DNA of 64,000 bases, from positions 14,964,101 through 15,028,100 of the forward strand of contig NC_092677.1 in NCBI RefSeq assembly GCF_964355755.1. The letters are read 5' to 3'. Shown in pieces: positions 14,936 to 28,365 of the stretch (the first letter of the stretch is position 1; every line of letters starts with the position of its first letter). The notes under the pieces were generated by a model. That model did not search any database. It saw nothing but the letters and a program-made list of their open reading frames with translations, and was not told the DNA's origin. Source of the DNA: Antedon mediterranea. Its lineage: Eukaryota > Animalia > Echinodermata. The position numbers and the translations under genes were made by a program.

Positions 14936-15174
14936 TCTGCTTTGCACATATACTTTGTCAGATCACTTTAAAAGCAACTGTACTGTGATTCGTTTAAAAA
15001 CATTCAGTAACATCAAATTAAACAAAAAATATTTCTTACAAAAACGCTGCTCACTTGTTGACGTAACAGTTTTAAAGATATATTGTCCCGCTGAAAAATA
15101 TTTGTTATTTCAAATTTGTTTTTGAGTGTGTCATTATATTGTCACATAATAGTAATTCACGTTAACCAAACAAT

Positions 15175-15987
15175 GGCCCTGTTTCTGCTGCCAACTAAAT
15201 ACCGTATATTATACGGTATTTTTTGAATACTGTATATATACGGTATATTTTTGGCAGCAGAAACTGCGCTCATAAAAAATATACCGTATTTTGTATACCG
15301 TATTTTCCCCACAAAATTTGTGGATAAAATACGGTATTTACAAATTTATACCGTATTTTTTGTACCCGTTTCTGCTGCCAATAAAAAATACCGTATTTTT
15401 TTTTTACATGACAAAAGGTCAACATTCGTGTTTTTATTTTCTGTCACTGTACACACGTGTATAGATATATTCGGCGAAAATGTGGAGCGAAGACGTCACA
15501 GTTTTACTAAATAAATGTGTGTGGGGAAGCTAAAATGTCTGGCCAACTAAAAGGTAATAAAAGGGACAACCACATTTATAAAGACATTTCTAAAAAAATA
15601 AAGCAGGAGTATGGAATAGACTTGTCTCCAAAGCAAGTAAACTCAAAGCTGAAGAGCCTGCGAAAGCAGTACAACATTGCAAAATACAATAACTCGGGGA
15701 GGGAATGAATTAATTGTCCCCATTATGATGTTTTCTGTACTCTCACAACATCTCTATCACAAGGACTAGGCTGTTGAAAGTGAGACGTAAAACTTCCTTT
15801 ATTGCGACTTTTAATTATCGATCAAATAAATGAATGGCAATTTGGGTAAAAAAGATGAAATTTAACACGACCACCCAAGAAGTATTGTTAGCAGAAACGG
15901 GGTACTAAAAAATACGGTATAAAAAATACCGTATTTTATACCGTATTTTTATACCGTATTTTTAGCAGTTGCAGCAGAAACAGGCCC
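15175..15987 (+). mobile_element. PIF/Harbinger deletion derivative carrying a Myb/SANT (trihelix) DNA-binding ORF remnant at 15517-15730
   Basis: TIR GG(C/G)CCTGTTTCTGCTGC, AAT on both flanks, many ataccgtattt subterminal repeats. Peptide IYKDISKKIKQEYGIDLSPKQVNSKLKSLRKQY..NNSGR..CPHYD is typical of Harbinger Myb proteins. Confidence 0.8.
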
Positions 15988-18153
15988 AATTATTTACCTG
16001 AAAAAAATGTAATTTAAAGCAAAAAATACTTAAATTGTCTGTCAGACAATGGTTTTTGTTTTTTTTTCTCTTTTATACGTGATTAAATGTTATTTTTTTT
16101 GTTACAGAAGTGAATAACTTTTGTATTTGAAGTAAAATACAACAAGAATTCATACTTTGATATGAAACACACTCAATTTCTGTCACTTTAGTTTATTTTA
16201 TTGCTAAGTTCAAGTCTGGGGGTCACTTCATCAAGCCTAGACACTTCAAGTATGAAGTATCCTATTACAAACAAAAACTTCACTATGGATAATTATTCAT
16301 TATTCATTCATCATTCATTATTATTATTTGACAGCAAATTACAGTATAGTATAGTATAATATTGGTCTAGATTCACAGTCAAATGGGAATTCAATATTTA
16401 TTGAACAAGATTTTACAGATTACTGTCTACATGCATCTATATAACACTGTATTATCTGCACATTTTTTCATAGACTCTCTTCTCCCAGACGTGCTTTGGG
16501 GCTTGTAATTTTAGCATGACCTGTCCTAGTTTACAAACTTCCCAAAAATGTCGGCCTCTAGAACTATAACTGCTGGTTGCTTTCAGCTTATCAATGAGTA
16601 GTACTCTTGGGACGTAGCTGGATAGTATGGTAAGACTAGATTATGATAAACATTATAATATGATTCCTACTTATGTCACATGACAATACAGCTTATTTAT
16701 TAGTTCGGCCGTTCCAAGGCAAAACAACGTAACTACAAAATGTTGCTTTTCGAGAAAAATTGAATTGAAGTTTGAGTGTTTGCATTTCAGAAACAAATTA
16801 TCGTAATGATGTGAAATTTTGCATGAGTATAAATAAATAATAATTATTAATAAATACAAAATTTTAAATAATTTATACAATTTGATCAAAAGTTATTACC
16901 ACTTTTAACAGATACGTTGTTTTGCCTTGGAAATAGTCCAGTCAATCTACCGATAGACCCAAAACAAATTGCAATAGTTTCCGAACCTTTTTTATTTGAT
17001 TCTATATGTTCCTGGAAGAAACATTTCCAAAATCTACCAAAATCGGTTCAGTGGAACATACTTTTTTAAGGGGTCAAGAGGTCATGAGGGTCAAATTATA
17101 TATTTGTATATCTCAGTAACCGCTTGGCCGAACTTGGTAATTTTGGTGTCAAACAATTCAGAAGACCCATATTTATATTCACTCTAATGAAAGTTTTTTA
17201 TCAAAAATGACCGGAATCCATGTTTTTGACCTTTGACCTATTATTTTGGCATATTCATATCTCGGTAACCACTGGGCGTAAACAAGCGTTTTTGGTGTCA
17301 AAATACCCAGAAGGTCTATGTTTATATTCACTCTAATAAAAACGTTTTGTGTATTATGACCAGACGACATCATTTTGACCTTTGACATATATTCATTATT
17401 TTATATTATTTCACTAATTAAATTTTTTGTATCTCGGTGACCAATAGTCGTAACTTCGTAATTTTTGTGTTAATCAATTCAGAAGACCCTTATTTATATT
17501 CACTCTAATAAAACTTTTTACAAAAAAATGACCGGAAACTACTCTTTTGACCTTTGACCTATTATATTGGTATATTCATATCTTTGTAAACAATGGGCGT
17601 AGATGAGCATTTTTTGTGTCAAAATATTCAAAAGGTCTATGCTTATATTCACTCTAATGAAAAAGTCATCGTTTTGACCGTTAACATATATTCTTTATTT
17701 CATATCTCACTAAATTATTTTTTGTATCTCGGTCACCAATAAGCGTAACTTTTGTGTTAAACAATTCAGTAGAACCATATTTATTTACTCTAATGAAACT
17801 ATTTTTACAGAAAATGACCGGAAGCTTTCAACTATTATATTTATATATTTGTATCTTTGTGAACTATGGGTTTAGATGAGCATTTTTTGTGTCAAACAAC
17901 TCAGAAGGATATCCACTCTAATAAAAAATGTCTGTGTATATAGTTAATGCGAAAGTAATTATTTTTACCTTTGATGTCTATCCAGAAAACGTTTAGTAAT
18001 TGGGGCAATATATTGGTGTTATATTTCTTCATAGATCAGCACCCAAGATAACATTTAACTATTCATTATTCTGTTTATATTTACTCTAAAAACACACATA
18101 ACAGAAAAATATCCAAATAGGCCTGGTAGAGAATATTTACCAATCGTCTGATT

Positions 18154-21100
18154 TTACAAACCCATTGTTGAATCTTCAGAATCGGTATATTCATTATCAT
18201 CTAGTGAAATGTTTGCGCATACACCTCGACACTCACTACATGCCATGGAGCAATCTAATCCATTGTTCCTACAGCTGCATTTCATATTATAGCAGCCTGT
18301 TTTGCATTTGCATCTTATGATTTGTAGGAGTAGTCCAGATCCCTATTGTCAAAAAAGTGCCTTCGTGTGCAGATCATGGGGAAAGTGTAAACATTGTGTT
18401 TTATGAATATTTGAATCATGCTGGTCATAAAAACCCATGTTGTCAAATTTCTAAAATTCATCTTTGACCTCTGACCTCAATTTGAATGTTTTGACCCATT
18501 GAAAACAAAATGGTCCTATCTTTGCAACGCTTAGATTAAATGAAATAATTTTAGTGTCAAATTATTTGGGAGATGCATATTAATATTCGTTCTAATGGAA
18601 AAGTTTGTCCAAAAATGGCTGGAAGTATGATTTTGGCATATTTGACCTTTGACCTACATATCATATAACTCCGTAACTAATAGATGGAACAACTTTAAAT
18701 AGGGCTCAAATTAATCTGAAGGTATATGTTTCTATTCAGTCTAATAAGAACTTTTTCAAGCAAATGACCCGAAATATTTTTATTGACCTTTGACCTATAC
18801 TGGTAGTACACATTTCTATAATCTCAAAAACTATTGGCCGTAAAATGGTTGTTTTTGTGAAATGGTTCGAAAAATTTACATTTATACGTTGTATAATAAC
18901 AACATTTTATAGAAATGTAAAATAATTCTATTTATGATCACTAACTTTGTAATTTATTAACATCACTAGCATTTGTTATAATATTAAAATGTGTTATATT
19001 TGCTGATTTTAAGCACTTCACATAAATTTATCAGAATTATGTGTATTTAATATAAAGTTTTGTTTTTTTTATATAAAGAAAATTTAATTATCTATCAAAT
19101 AAGACTATTTTCAAATTATTATGGCTAAAACTTAATTAGATACAGGCAAAAAAGTGTATTTTTACTTGTGTGAACAGCGCCCTCAATCTTCATTTTTTCC
19201 CAAAAAATACCACATTTTTATGTGGTTTCATAAACTTAGCTGGTTGTAACTTTTTAAAAGATTTGTTGTCAGTGACGTGTAAGTTACATACACCTTCTAC
19301 CATATACTAAGTAAGTTTCTGAGATAAAATGAAAACAATATTTTTATAGCTTGATAGTTTTCCTGAGGTTAATACATGGTGCATGCTAAAAAAGATTTTG
19401 ATTTTGTGCTAAAAATCCATCTTTTTGGTCCAGTACAAACAATCTTGTACAGCCATTCTTACACAAACAGCATATTTTATTGGAAAGATAATCATAATAT
19501 CTATCCAATAAAATATGAATTTTGTGTATTAATATCTGCTAGATTGCTTTTATTAAACCAAAAAGATGGACTTTTAGCTCAAATTAAAATATTTTTTTGG
19601 TGTGTATCATGTAATAACCTCAACAAAAATATCAAGCTATCGGAATATTTTTCTAAATTTTTTTCAGAAACTGACCTAGTACGTTATAAAAGTGGTATGT
19701 AAATTACAGGTTACTGTAAAAAGTCTTTAAAACAAAGTAATAACCTGTTAAGTTCAGGAAACCAAATAAAAATGTGGTATTTTTTGGGAAAAAATGAATA
19801 TTGAGGGCGCTGTTCACACAAGTAAAAATACACTTTTTTGCCTGTATCTAATAAAGTTTTAGCCATAATAATTTGAAAATAGTCTTATTTGATAGATAAT
19901 TAAATTTTCTTTATATCCAAAAAAAAAAAACTTTATATTAAATACACATAATTCTGATAAATTCATGTGAAGTGCTTAAAATCAGCAAATATAACACATT
20001 TTAATATTATAACAAATGCTAGTGATGTTAATAAATTACAAAGTTAGTGATCATAAATAGAATTATTTTACATTTCTATAAAATGTTGTTATTATACAAC
20101 ATATAAATGTAAATTTTTCGAACCATTTCACAAAAACAACTATTTTACGGCCAATAGTTTTTGAGATTATAGAAATGTGTACTACCAGTACAGGTCAAAG
20201 GTCAATAAAAAATGTTCGGGTCATTTTCTTGAAAAAGTTCTTATTAGACTGAATAGAAACATATACCTTCAGATTAATTTGAGCCCTATTTAAAATTTTT
20301 CCAACTATTAGTTACGGAGTTATATGATATGTAGGTCAAAGGTCAAATATGCCAAAAATCATACTTCCAGCCATTTTTGGACAAACTTTTCCATTAGAAC
20401 GAATATAAATATGCATCTCCCAAATAATTTGAAACTAAAATTATTTCATCTAATCTAAGCGTTGCAAAGATATGACCATTTTGTTTTCAATGGGTCAAAA
20501 CATTCAAATTGAGGTCAGAGGTCAAAGATGAATTTTAGAAATTTGACAACATGGGTTTTTATAACCAGCATGATTCAAATATTCATAAAACACAATGTTT
20601 ACACTTTCCCCATGATCTGCACACGAAAATACATAGGGATCTGGACTAGAGCAATTGTGGTGCTGGGGGGTTGTCCGTCAAATATGGTATCATCCTGCCT
20701 TGGCTGATCTTCCATCCATATTTATTTGGAGGTACATTTTCTTCATTTCCAAGCCAAACTTGAACTTGTTGGTACACCCTTGACTATGATACTTTGCCGC
20801 TGATGCCGTTGGGGGTAAAGAACGTGGATGAACTGCTTTAGTACTGCATGTAGTCTTTTCATGAAATTTACGAAACCTCAATTCATCTAGGTTTTCATTA
20901 TCGCTGCTACCATACAAAGACAAAATGGCGTTATTACCCGCTGCAATTGCCTCCTGTCTGTTTGCCTTACAAGTCATAAACACTTTGGCTTGTTCAGAAA
21001 AGAAACAGTCACTTCTTACTTTAGTTACTGCTTTGATTTTCCCAATACCAAAAAATCGCGATGTCGTGTCACATCCAAGGAACGCGTGACAAAATAGGAT

Positions 21101-22366
21101 ATATTTACAAACATCGCTGCCAAGTCTTGTTGCCGCAATGTTCCAACATCGTTGCACCTTTTTAGTTTCTTTCCTTTGGTTTGGCTTGAACCATACATTA
21201 TGTTTGGTGTGACCACCATGGTGGATAAGGAGGACCAGGATATCTGTATCATCTGCGATGACAACCGTGCCTATTTGTTCTGCGTAGGACAGAGCCATCT
21301 TCGACACAAGATAGTCAGCGTCAGCTTCTGCGTGGTGAACAGTACAACCTTCTTTTTCAAGACTATTTCCCAAAATCTTAATGAATCTTTGTTTGTTTTG
21401 AACGTTTGACAGAAATTCTTCTTTTTTGGTTTGTAAGGTCATAGATTGGTCAAAGTGTACAGCTACACCACCACCACCACTTCTCCTGGTATGTGTACAG
21501 TCTTTTGTACTTAGTGAGTTATCGTACCCATCAAAAACAACAATGGATTTTCCATATTTGTGAGAAACATATTTAGTGTATACTCTCATAATGTCACCCC
21601 TGAAGCCCCTCTTGTCCATGGAATTTTATGAAGTAGTGCTCCTCCATCTAAGACGTACTGAATTTGATCAGGAGGTTCTGAAGCAACCTCGATTGCTGTT
21701 GACCACAAACTATCAGCTAAACTAGCTTTATTTGCAGACCTCATCATATCTGGTGATTCAAACAATCTAAATATATCTGATACATTATCGCATCTTGTGC
21801 CGGCAGTTACAAGTCGTTGAAATAGAAGTAAAGGATCTACATTGACCACATCATCTTTTATCTTCAATGCGCTTTTAGAGTTCATTGTAATGGATTGGCT
21901 CTTTTTCCGAAATGTGTAGTCGGCGACCTTTTGGTTTGTCATTGATTGCACAATTTGTTGACCTAAATACATGCTTGGCATTGTCACAGTCTACATTGAT
22001 GATTGATTGATGTGCCGTCACTCCAGTTGCAATGTTTGTCAGTGATTTTGTACTGTCTGTATTGAATGGATTTCGCTGTGTCAGATACCGTGATATGTCT
22101 TGTACATCACTGAGGTCCTTCATCTTTCTGGCATATGTTGTTTCTTTATGTTGTTCACTGGTAGTATACAACACGTTAGTGAACTCTTGCATTGAATGAT
22201 TGATCTTGGCGCAGACTGGAGTTGAAAGGACCCAGACAAGTCGTTGAATTTCTGTTAATCCTCGCCCTCTTGTTAGACCTCCTCTTGTTTTTATGCTACG
22301 CATAAGACACTGTTCTATGGCAAGATCAGTTGATATTCCAGCCCAACGTCTGTCAGATCGCCGCAC
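18154..22366 (-). pseudogene. Academ transposase/XPG-like nuclease/Cys-rich CXC pseudogene, frameshifted and split by a nested insertion
   Basis: Motifs TDLAIEQCLMRSIKTRGGLTRGRG, YVLDGGALLH, VVFDGY, EADAD, DDTDILVLL and HAFLGCDTTS. The C-terminus rejoins across 18331-20648 as PAPQLLLQIIRCKCKTGC..KCSCRNNGLDCSMACSECRGVC. Confidence 0.88.
18331..20648. mobile_element. Non-autonomous Academ foldback element nested in the AcademX transposase
   Basis: Ends TAGTCCAGATCCCTAT / ATAGGGATCTGGACTA, 3-bp TSD GAG, and near-identical inverted arms of ~880 bp. Confidence 0.92.
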
Positions 22367-24117
22367 TTATTATTTGGTCAAATTTAAAATGTTATACTCG
22401 AGACCCGAGATGTATTCATGACACGACTAGAAAATGTTAACGGTCAAAATAATGATTTTCGGTTATATTGTACATTTGCATTTGTTTTCATTAGAGTAAA
22501 TATAAACAAATATACTGGTATAATAGGTCAAAGGTCAAAAACATAGTTTCTATCCATTTTTTAAAAAACTTTTTCATTAGGCCTATAGTGAATATATTTA
22601 TATTTATAGAGTCTTCTGAATCTTTTGACACAAAATTGACGAAGTTGTGCTTAGTGGTTACTGAGATATAAAAAAATGTAGTTACTGAGAAATCTAAAAT
22701 AATGAATATGTGTCAAAGGTCAAAATAATGACTTCCGGTCATTTTACATGAATCTTTTCCATTAGAACTAATATAAACATTGACCTTATGAGTAGTTTGA
22801 CGCAAATAACGCTCATCTACGCCCACTGGTTACTAAGATACGAATATACGAATATATACAATAAAATAGGTCAAAGGTCAAAAACATGCTTTCCTGTAAT
22901 TTTTGGTAAAAAGGTTTCATTAGAGTACATATAAATATGGGTCTTCTGAATAGTTTGACACCAAAATTAACATGCTACGCCTAGTAGTTTTCAAAATAGA
23001 AAAATGTGTAATTTGACCCCTATGACCTTAAAACCCCTTAAAAAGCATGTTCCACTGAACCGATTTTGGTAGATTTTGGAAATGATATTCCCAGATGCTT
23101 ATAGAATCAAATAAAAAAGGTTTGGAAACTATTGCAATTTGTTTTGGGTTACGCCCTTTTTTGTCATAGATTGACTGGACTAAAATGACGTGCATAGAAT
23201 TGAAATAGAATGAAAGTCATTTCTGGGGCAAAACAACGTAACTGCGATATCCTGTGGCAAAACAATGTAACAGTGGTCATTCCATGGCAAAACAACGTAA
23301 CTGTGGTTATTTTAAAAACAATGGATTGAAATTCTTTTTGAACAACAGGGAGGGCTGCGATCACTAATAATGCCTACGAACTAGGTTGGCTTTACAAAGA
23401 GTGCATTTTAAGCTAGGCTTAGCCATTTAGATCTACTATTTAGGAATATAGACTTACTTACATTATTATGTTATGGACTACCTACTAGCCTGCTACTACA
23501 AGGTCTACGTACAACAATGCAAAAACGGCCGTCCTACTAGCCTAGGCCTAGCCTATTTCCATTGACAGTACTGGCGTACTAGGCCTAGGCTAGATTAGGT
23601 AGGTCTGTCAAAAATATTAGCCTAGCCTAGTTTCAAGCTTGCCTGAACTTTTTCGTAAATATAGTTACCGTAATTATACATTAAATTAGTTGTCTAGCCT
23701 AATAAGCCTAGTATTGTTTAATATATCTTTTACTTTTAGTTAAGATCGTTGCTATGCATATCGTCATGCATCAGCGGTTTCTGTCTCAACATCATAACTT
23801 TAGCTGATTGTGAGAATTTGAAGCGAAAATCGTATGCATTTCCGTGGCAGAACAACGTATCTGGTAGATACGTTGTTTTGCCTTGGAAAATACAAGAATT
23901 ATTTGTTTTTTGTTTAAAGATATGTGGTACTACTATCTCCAAAAATAATGATCTCTGAAAGTGAAACCTGAAATTTTTACAGGTTGTTCATAAATTTGTA
24001 ATAATTTCCCAAATGTAAAAATCTCAAAATTGACCAAAATGCGAGTTACGTGGTTTTGCCTTGGAACGGCCGCGTTATTGAAAATTAAATTAATGAAATA
24101 TGATTAAATTAAAGTGT

Positions 24118-24202
24118 ATATATCTTTTTCTCAGGTGATTGGAAGACACATTTTACTGCATCGCAAAGTAAACAGTTGTATGAAGTCCTTCAACATGATC
24201 TG
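24118..24202 (+). pseudogene. Orphan degraded copy of the sulfotransferase last exon with its splice acceptor
   Basis: tatatctttttctcagGTGATTGGAAGACACATTTTACTGCATCGCAAAGTAAACAGTTG...ATGATCTG aligns with 10653-10743. Confidence 0.8.
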
Positions 24203-24249
24203 TTTTACTTTGTTAATTTCATTCATGACCACCACACTTGATTGGTACG

Positions 24250-25265
24250 TGATATAGCGCATTATGCTGAAAGCCTCAATGCGCTTAAATACAAAGACAG
24301 AAGAATTTGGAAAATTACAAATTAAAAAGGTGGGTTTTGAGGAGAGATTTGAAGACACTGGTGAAAGTTGCCTGACGGATTTCAATAGGCAACGCATTCC
24401 ATAGAGAAACGGATGCTGAAGAAAATGAACGATTTCCATAAAACTTAGTGGAAGGATGAAATATAAAGGCAAGAAGAGACTCGGATCTTGATCTCAGAGA
24501 CCGCTTAGGAACATAAGGTTGAATAAGTTCAGAAATGAACTTAGATGAAGAATTATGAAGTTGTCTAAGCACAGGTGTGATATGTTGCCTTATGGGGCTT
24601 TGAACGACCGATCGGGCAGCTGTGTTCTGGACTCGCTGAATTTAAGAGATATCCTTTGCTGGTAAGCTATAAAGTAGTGAGTTACAGCAGTCTAGCCTTG
24701 ATGTAACAAAGGCGTGAACAAGAATCTCAGTTGATCTTGAATCCAGGTACTTCCGATTGCTTCCAATTTTACGAATAGCGTGAAGCCCAGCTTCGCAGAT
24801 GTTATGTACCTGATTGGACATACTAAGCGTTGAATCCATGACAACTCCAAGGTTTCTACAGGATGACAAAGGTTGAATGAAAGAATTACCAATCTTAACA
24901 GAGGCAGTCCAATAGGCAGGCTTAAAACGAGAAGAAAAATGAATAAGTTCTGTTTTAGCATCATTCATAACCAGGTTAGATTGACACCATGCTCTGACTT
25001 CGGCAATACAGGATTCAAGTTTACTGACAGCAGAATCACGCTGATTAAGGTTGAAAGTGACATAAAGCCGAGTGTCATCAGCATACGCCATACACTTCAC
25101 ATTGTGAGATTCAATCAGGTCAAGTAGTGGGGCGGTAAATAAAATAAACAGAAGAGGACCAACCACAGACCCTTGTGGAACACCAACTGTAAGCAGAGTC
25201 GGGTTCGACAAAACATCATTGATGACAATTGACTGGGACCTATCATTTAGATAGGATGCTAACCA
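24250..25265 (-). mobile_element. 5'-truncated L2/CR1-group LINE (RT C-terminus and 3' UTR)
   Basis: GVPQGSVVGPLLF, YADDTRLY, LVHAFVTSRLDCCNSLL and FKSLLKTHLF; 3' stem-loop GCGCATTGAG...AATGCGCTATA. Confidence 0.9.
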
Positions 25266-25274
25266 ATTATGACC

Positions 25275-28075
25275 AATTCAAGCTGATTTATCATGTTTAT
25301 GAAGCTTAAATGCAGCTACCTTAATTTTCTGTTTAAGTGTTGAAGGAATGAAGAGTCTGTCACTTAAATCTAGCAACAATATTACCAGATCTTCAACTTC
25401 TTGATACCAGTCCAGCTAGATGATGTTTGGTCATCTTGTACAGGACTAATGTTTGCCTGCTCTGTAATGACAGAGCGTGATGCATTAAAATTATCTACAG
25501 GTTATGTATTCAACACCATCTTCTCTTGAGGCTCAATACCCTCCTCAACCCTCCTCTTAAAAAATCCACTATCTGCTCTTCATTTTAACCTCCATCACTC
25601 CCACATACCTCCAATTTAGGAGTAGTAAAAAATAACATCATGGGTAGGTAAAGATTTACAGACTCCTCATATTTGCCATTTCAAAGAGACCATATGGCCC
25701 ATTATTCTTGATCTACTAAAAAATTATGGATTGGTAAATTTTCCACATTGACAATTTTATAGAATGGTAGACTTTGGAATGGTTCTCAATAGCCTCATCT
25801 TCAAACTCACTATCCTTAAACAAAGAAGACTATTCTTCAATTTGATTTCCACCACATCCTCAGACCTTCACAATTTGAAGGTTAGATCTCTTATTCTGCT
25901 TTGAAATAAAGATAGTGTTGAGCATGGTGGGTAATTTTACGGCAAGCTTAGATAGAACTTTGTCATCTTTCACTCTGGCCACAATCCTTTTGTATTCAGA
26001 TTTTATTATGGATGCTTGTTTTGATGAAAAAATATTTGGAGTTTTTTAGCATCTTGGCAATATAGATCAATCTGGACTCTTTTGTGATCTGACATTGGGG
26101 TGAACTCCATCTTGGCCTTCAAAGTGTCTAGTTTAGTCTTTGAAGCTTAGAAGTCTTGAGTCAGGGGATGTTTCCTGTTAAATGGCACAAGCGATGGTCT
26201 GAGACTACCCACCATTGTTACTTCTTGCAGAACCCTCTGAGTCTTGACCTCCTGGTAAATACTCCAGAAAGCTCTGGACAGTTCTCACTATGATAAACCA
26301 ACTCAGTAGCCAAACAACCCATCCAACATCATTCTCCAGGATTTGTACGTTTGGCCTGCATGCTTTTCAAAGCAGATAATGCCAAGAGTCATGTTTTTTT
26401 ATTCAAAGTCAGATTTTCTTCTTCGTGTATCTTATCTCTGACTTTTGTTGACATTTTTATCCATATGGCCCATCATTCTTAATTCACTCACTAAATTTCT
26501 TCATTCCATGATTTTGGCAGCCTTCTTGCATTGGTTGGTAAATTTTCCACAATTTTTCGAAATGGTTTGGAATTTTACACACTTTTTCCCAAAGCTTCTT
26601 GGTCCATGTTGTTGACCACATTTTTTGCAATTGAATGCTTGTTCACGTCATTATGTTGTTGTCTGCGATGATTAACTTCATCAATAACGGTGAGTGATTC
26701 AACTGGTTTCGTTTTTTTTTATAATAATTTGCTTAAATTTGTGAGTAGTTAGAATCTTTATTATTTTATTCAAAGTCAGATTTCCTTCTTCGTATATCTG
26801 GCTTTTGTCGATTACGAATCACCAAAGTTATACATTTCTTCTAATTTTCGAAGAGCACTTGCCTGAATGGTTAGCTCTTTCACCATCTTTTTGTGTTCTG
26901 TGGTAGAACTTGTGTCACTCTAAAATAACAGTTTGTGGCTTCATTTTATTTGCATCATTCTCAAAGCGAAACGTATCATAAATCGCTCGACATACTAATG
27001 ATGTTTAATAGACACATGACTGTTCTTCTGTCTGTTTTTGTGTCCAGTCCATTTGAACTCATAACAATGTCAAACTCTAGTTTGAAAATGTTCAAATTAG
27101 CAGCAACATTACCTTCAAATGATAATTCCGACGGTGCTTTAATGTAAGGTACTTCAGCCATTTTGCTTAAAATTCCTTTCACTTCTGACACCATGTAAAC
27201 TTATTGCTTTGAAAATAAAAGTAGGAATAGACTTGGCATCTCTAACTCAGTTGACAATCCTTTTGTATTTTGATTTTAATATTGTTGCTTGTTTGGATGA
27301 TAATGTGCTAACATTTGTGCCGTTTCTCTGCATCTTGATTATTATGTTAGATTAATCTCTACTCTTCTATAATCCGACATACCTGCGGATAATGCATCCA
27401 TCCAAACTTGGTTTTTTGAGCAGCACTGCTTTCCGGGCTGTCCGGTCCAAGGCATCTACCAAACAAGATGTAGCTCTCGTATTTCTTCACAAAACTTTGT
27501 AAAGCTTAGATGCAGCTATCTTGATTTGTTGTCTAAGTTTTGGATGAGTTATGAGTGTCACTGTCGTCAGATAAATCTAGCAACAGTATTGCCAGATCTT
27601 CAACATCTTGGTAACATCCTGTTTAGTCATAAGTACAGGGTTGTTCTCAACCTTTGTCTGCTCTGTAATGACAGAGTGTGATGCATTAAAATCACACTCC
27701 ACCTTCCATCACTCCCACAGACAGAGGTGACTGATTAAATGCAATCTTCTTTTTGAAGACTTGCAGACCATGGCCCATCATTCTTAATTCACTCAGTTCG
27801 GTCATAAATGTCTTCATCCCATGATTTTTGGCAGCCTTCTTGCATTTGTAGGATTTTGTATAATGGTAGCCTCTGGATTGGGTGTTTTAAAAAGTACTTC
27901 ATGTGTGCGGGAACTTGAGGAATCTTACCTCTTTGATCGTCAACTGGATCACTGGAAGTTGTAGAATTTGATGGAATATTATCTTTGAATGGTCCACAGT
28001 TGTGACTTTTGTTAATAAAACAAGTTCCAATTCTTTCTGAATTCCCTCTGAAAAGGATAGAAGCATAGAACATTT
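25275..28075 (-). pseudogene. Scrambled fragments of at least two diverged Dada-type transposase genes, interleaved with a Gypsy gag fragment
   Basis: Translations match the 59609-61039 ORF: VEDLVILLLDLSD..KLHKHDKSA (~25280-25400), SIIKSEYKRIVARVKDD (~25960-26010), KKYES..LFGRCLGPDSPESSAAQKTKFGWMHY (~27390-27500). Confidence 0.8.
26570..27200 (-). pseudogene. Degraded Gypsy gag 5' fragment with primer-binding site
   Basis: ACA-TGGTGTCAGAAGTG (LTR end plus PBS) at ~27180-27196, gag-like KAPSELSFEGNVAAN, and a degenerate zinc knuckle near 26600-26640. Confidence 0.7.
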
Positions 28076-28365
28076 AAATCAGGCCAATCGACATTTTTGG
28101 GGTAAAATATCATTTTTTGGTCAAAAATGATTGCTAAACCCCGCAAACCTTTAAAAAACATAGCAAATCCTACCGAACCAACTTAAAAAGAAGGTAAAAG
28201 GTTAAATAATTGCTAAATGTGACACTGAAAAATTTCTGATTTTATCATTAAAAAGTGTGTTTAACTTTATGACAGAAAAACGAAAATACAAAAAGAAAAG
28301 AATCTGAAAAAACTCTGTTTGCTTTATCAATGCCATCAACATTTAATATTTTGTTTCACTTTTTT

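Larger units (their letters stand above)
12490..16630. repeat. Two diverged copies of a dispersed repeat (12490-13040 and 15020-16630) containing Kolobok-like TTAAAGATATATTGTCCC ends
   Basis: Colinear similarity (aatatttcttacaaaaacgctgctc...gtctgtcagacaatgg...caagtctgg.ggtcacttca...tgacagc). The second copy is interrupted by the 15175-15987 element. Confidence 0.7.
16934..23182 (-). mobile_element. AcademX DNA transposon (internally deleted)
   Basis: TIR TAGTCCAGTCAATCTA with long subterminal inverted similarity, 3-bp TSD AAA, and tgacctttgacc subrepeats. Encodes an Academ transposase remnant. Confidence 0.9.
16706..24072. mobile_element. Unclassified non-autonomous TIR element; host of the nested Academ insertions
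   Basis: TIR CGGCCGTTCCAAGGCAAAAC.ACGTAACT at 16706, inverted copy ending at 24072; internal ggcaaaacaacgtaac subrepeats. No clean TSD. Confidence 0.75.

Noticed and set aside
19376-19702. 108-aa ORF at the centre of the palindromic Academ
   Set aside because: AT-rich, no motifs, and it overlaps the degenerate inverted repeat.
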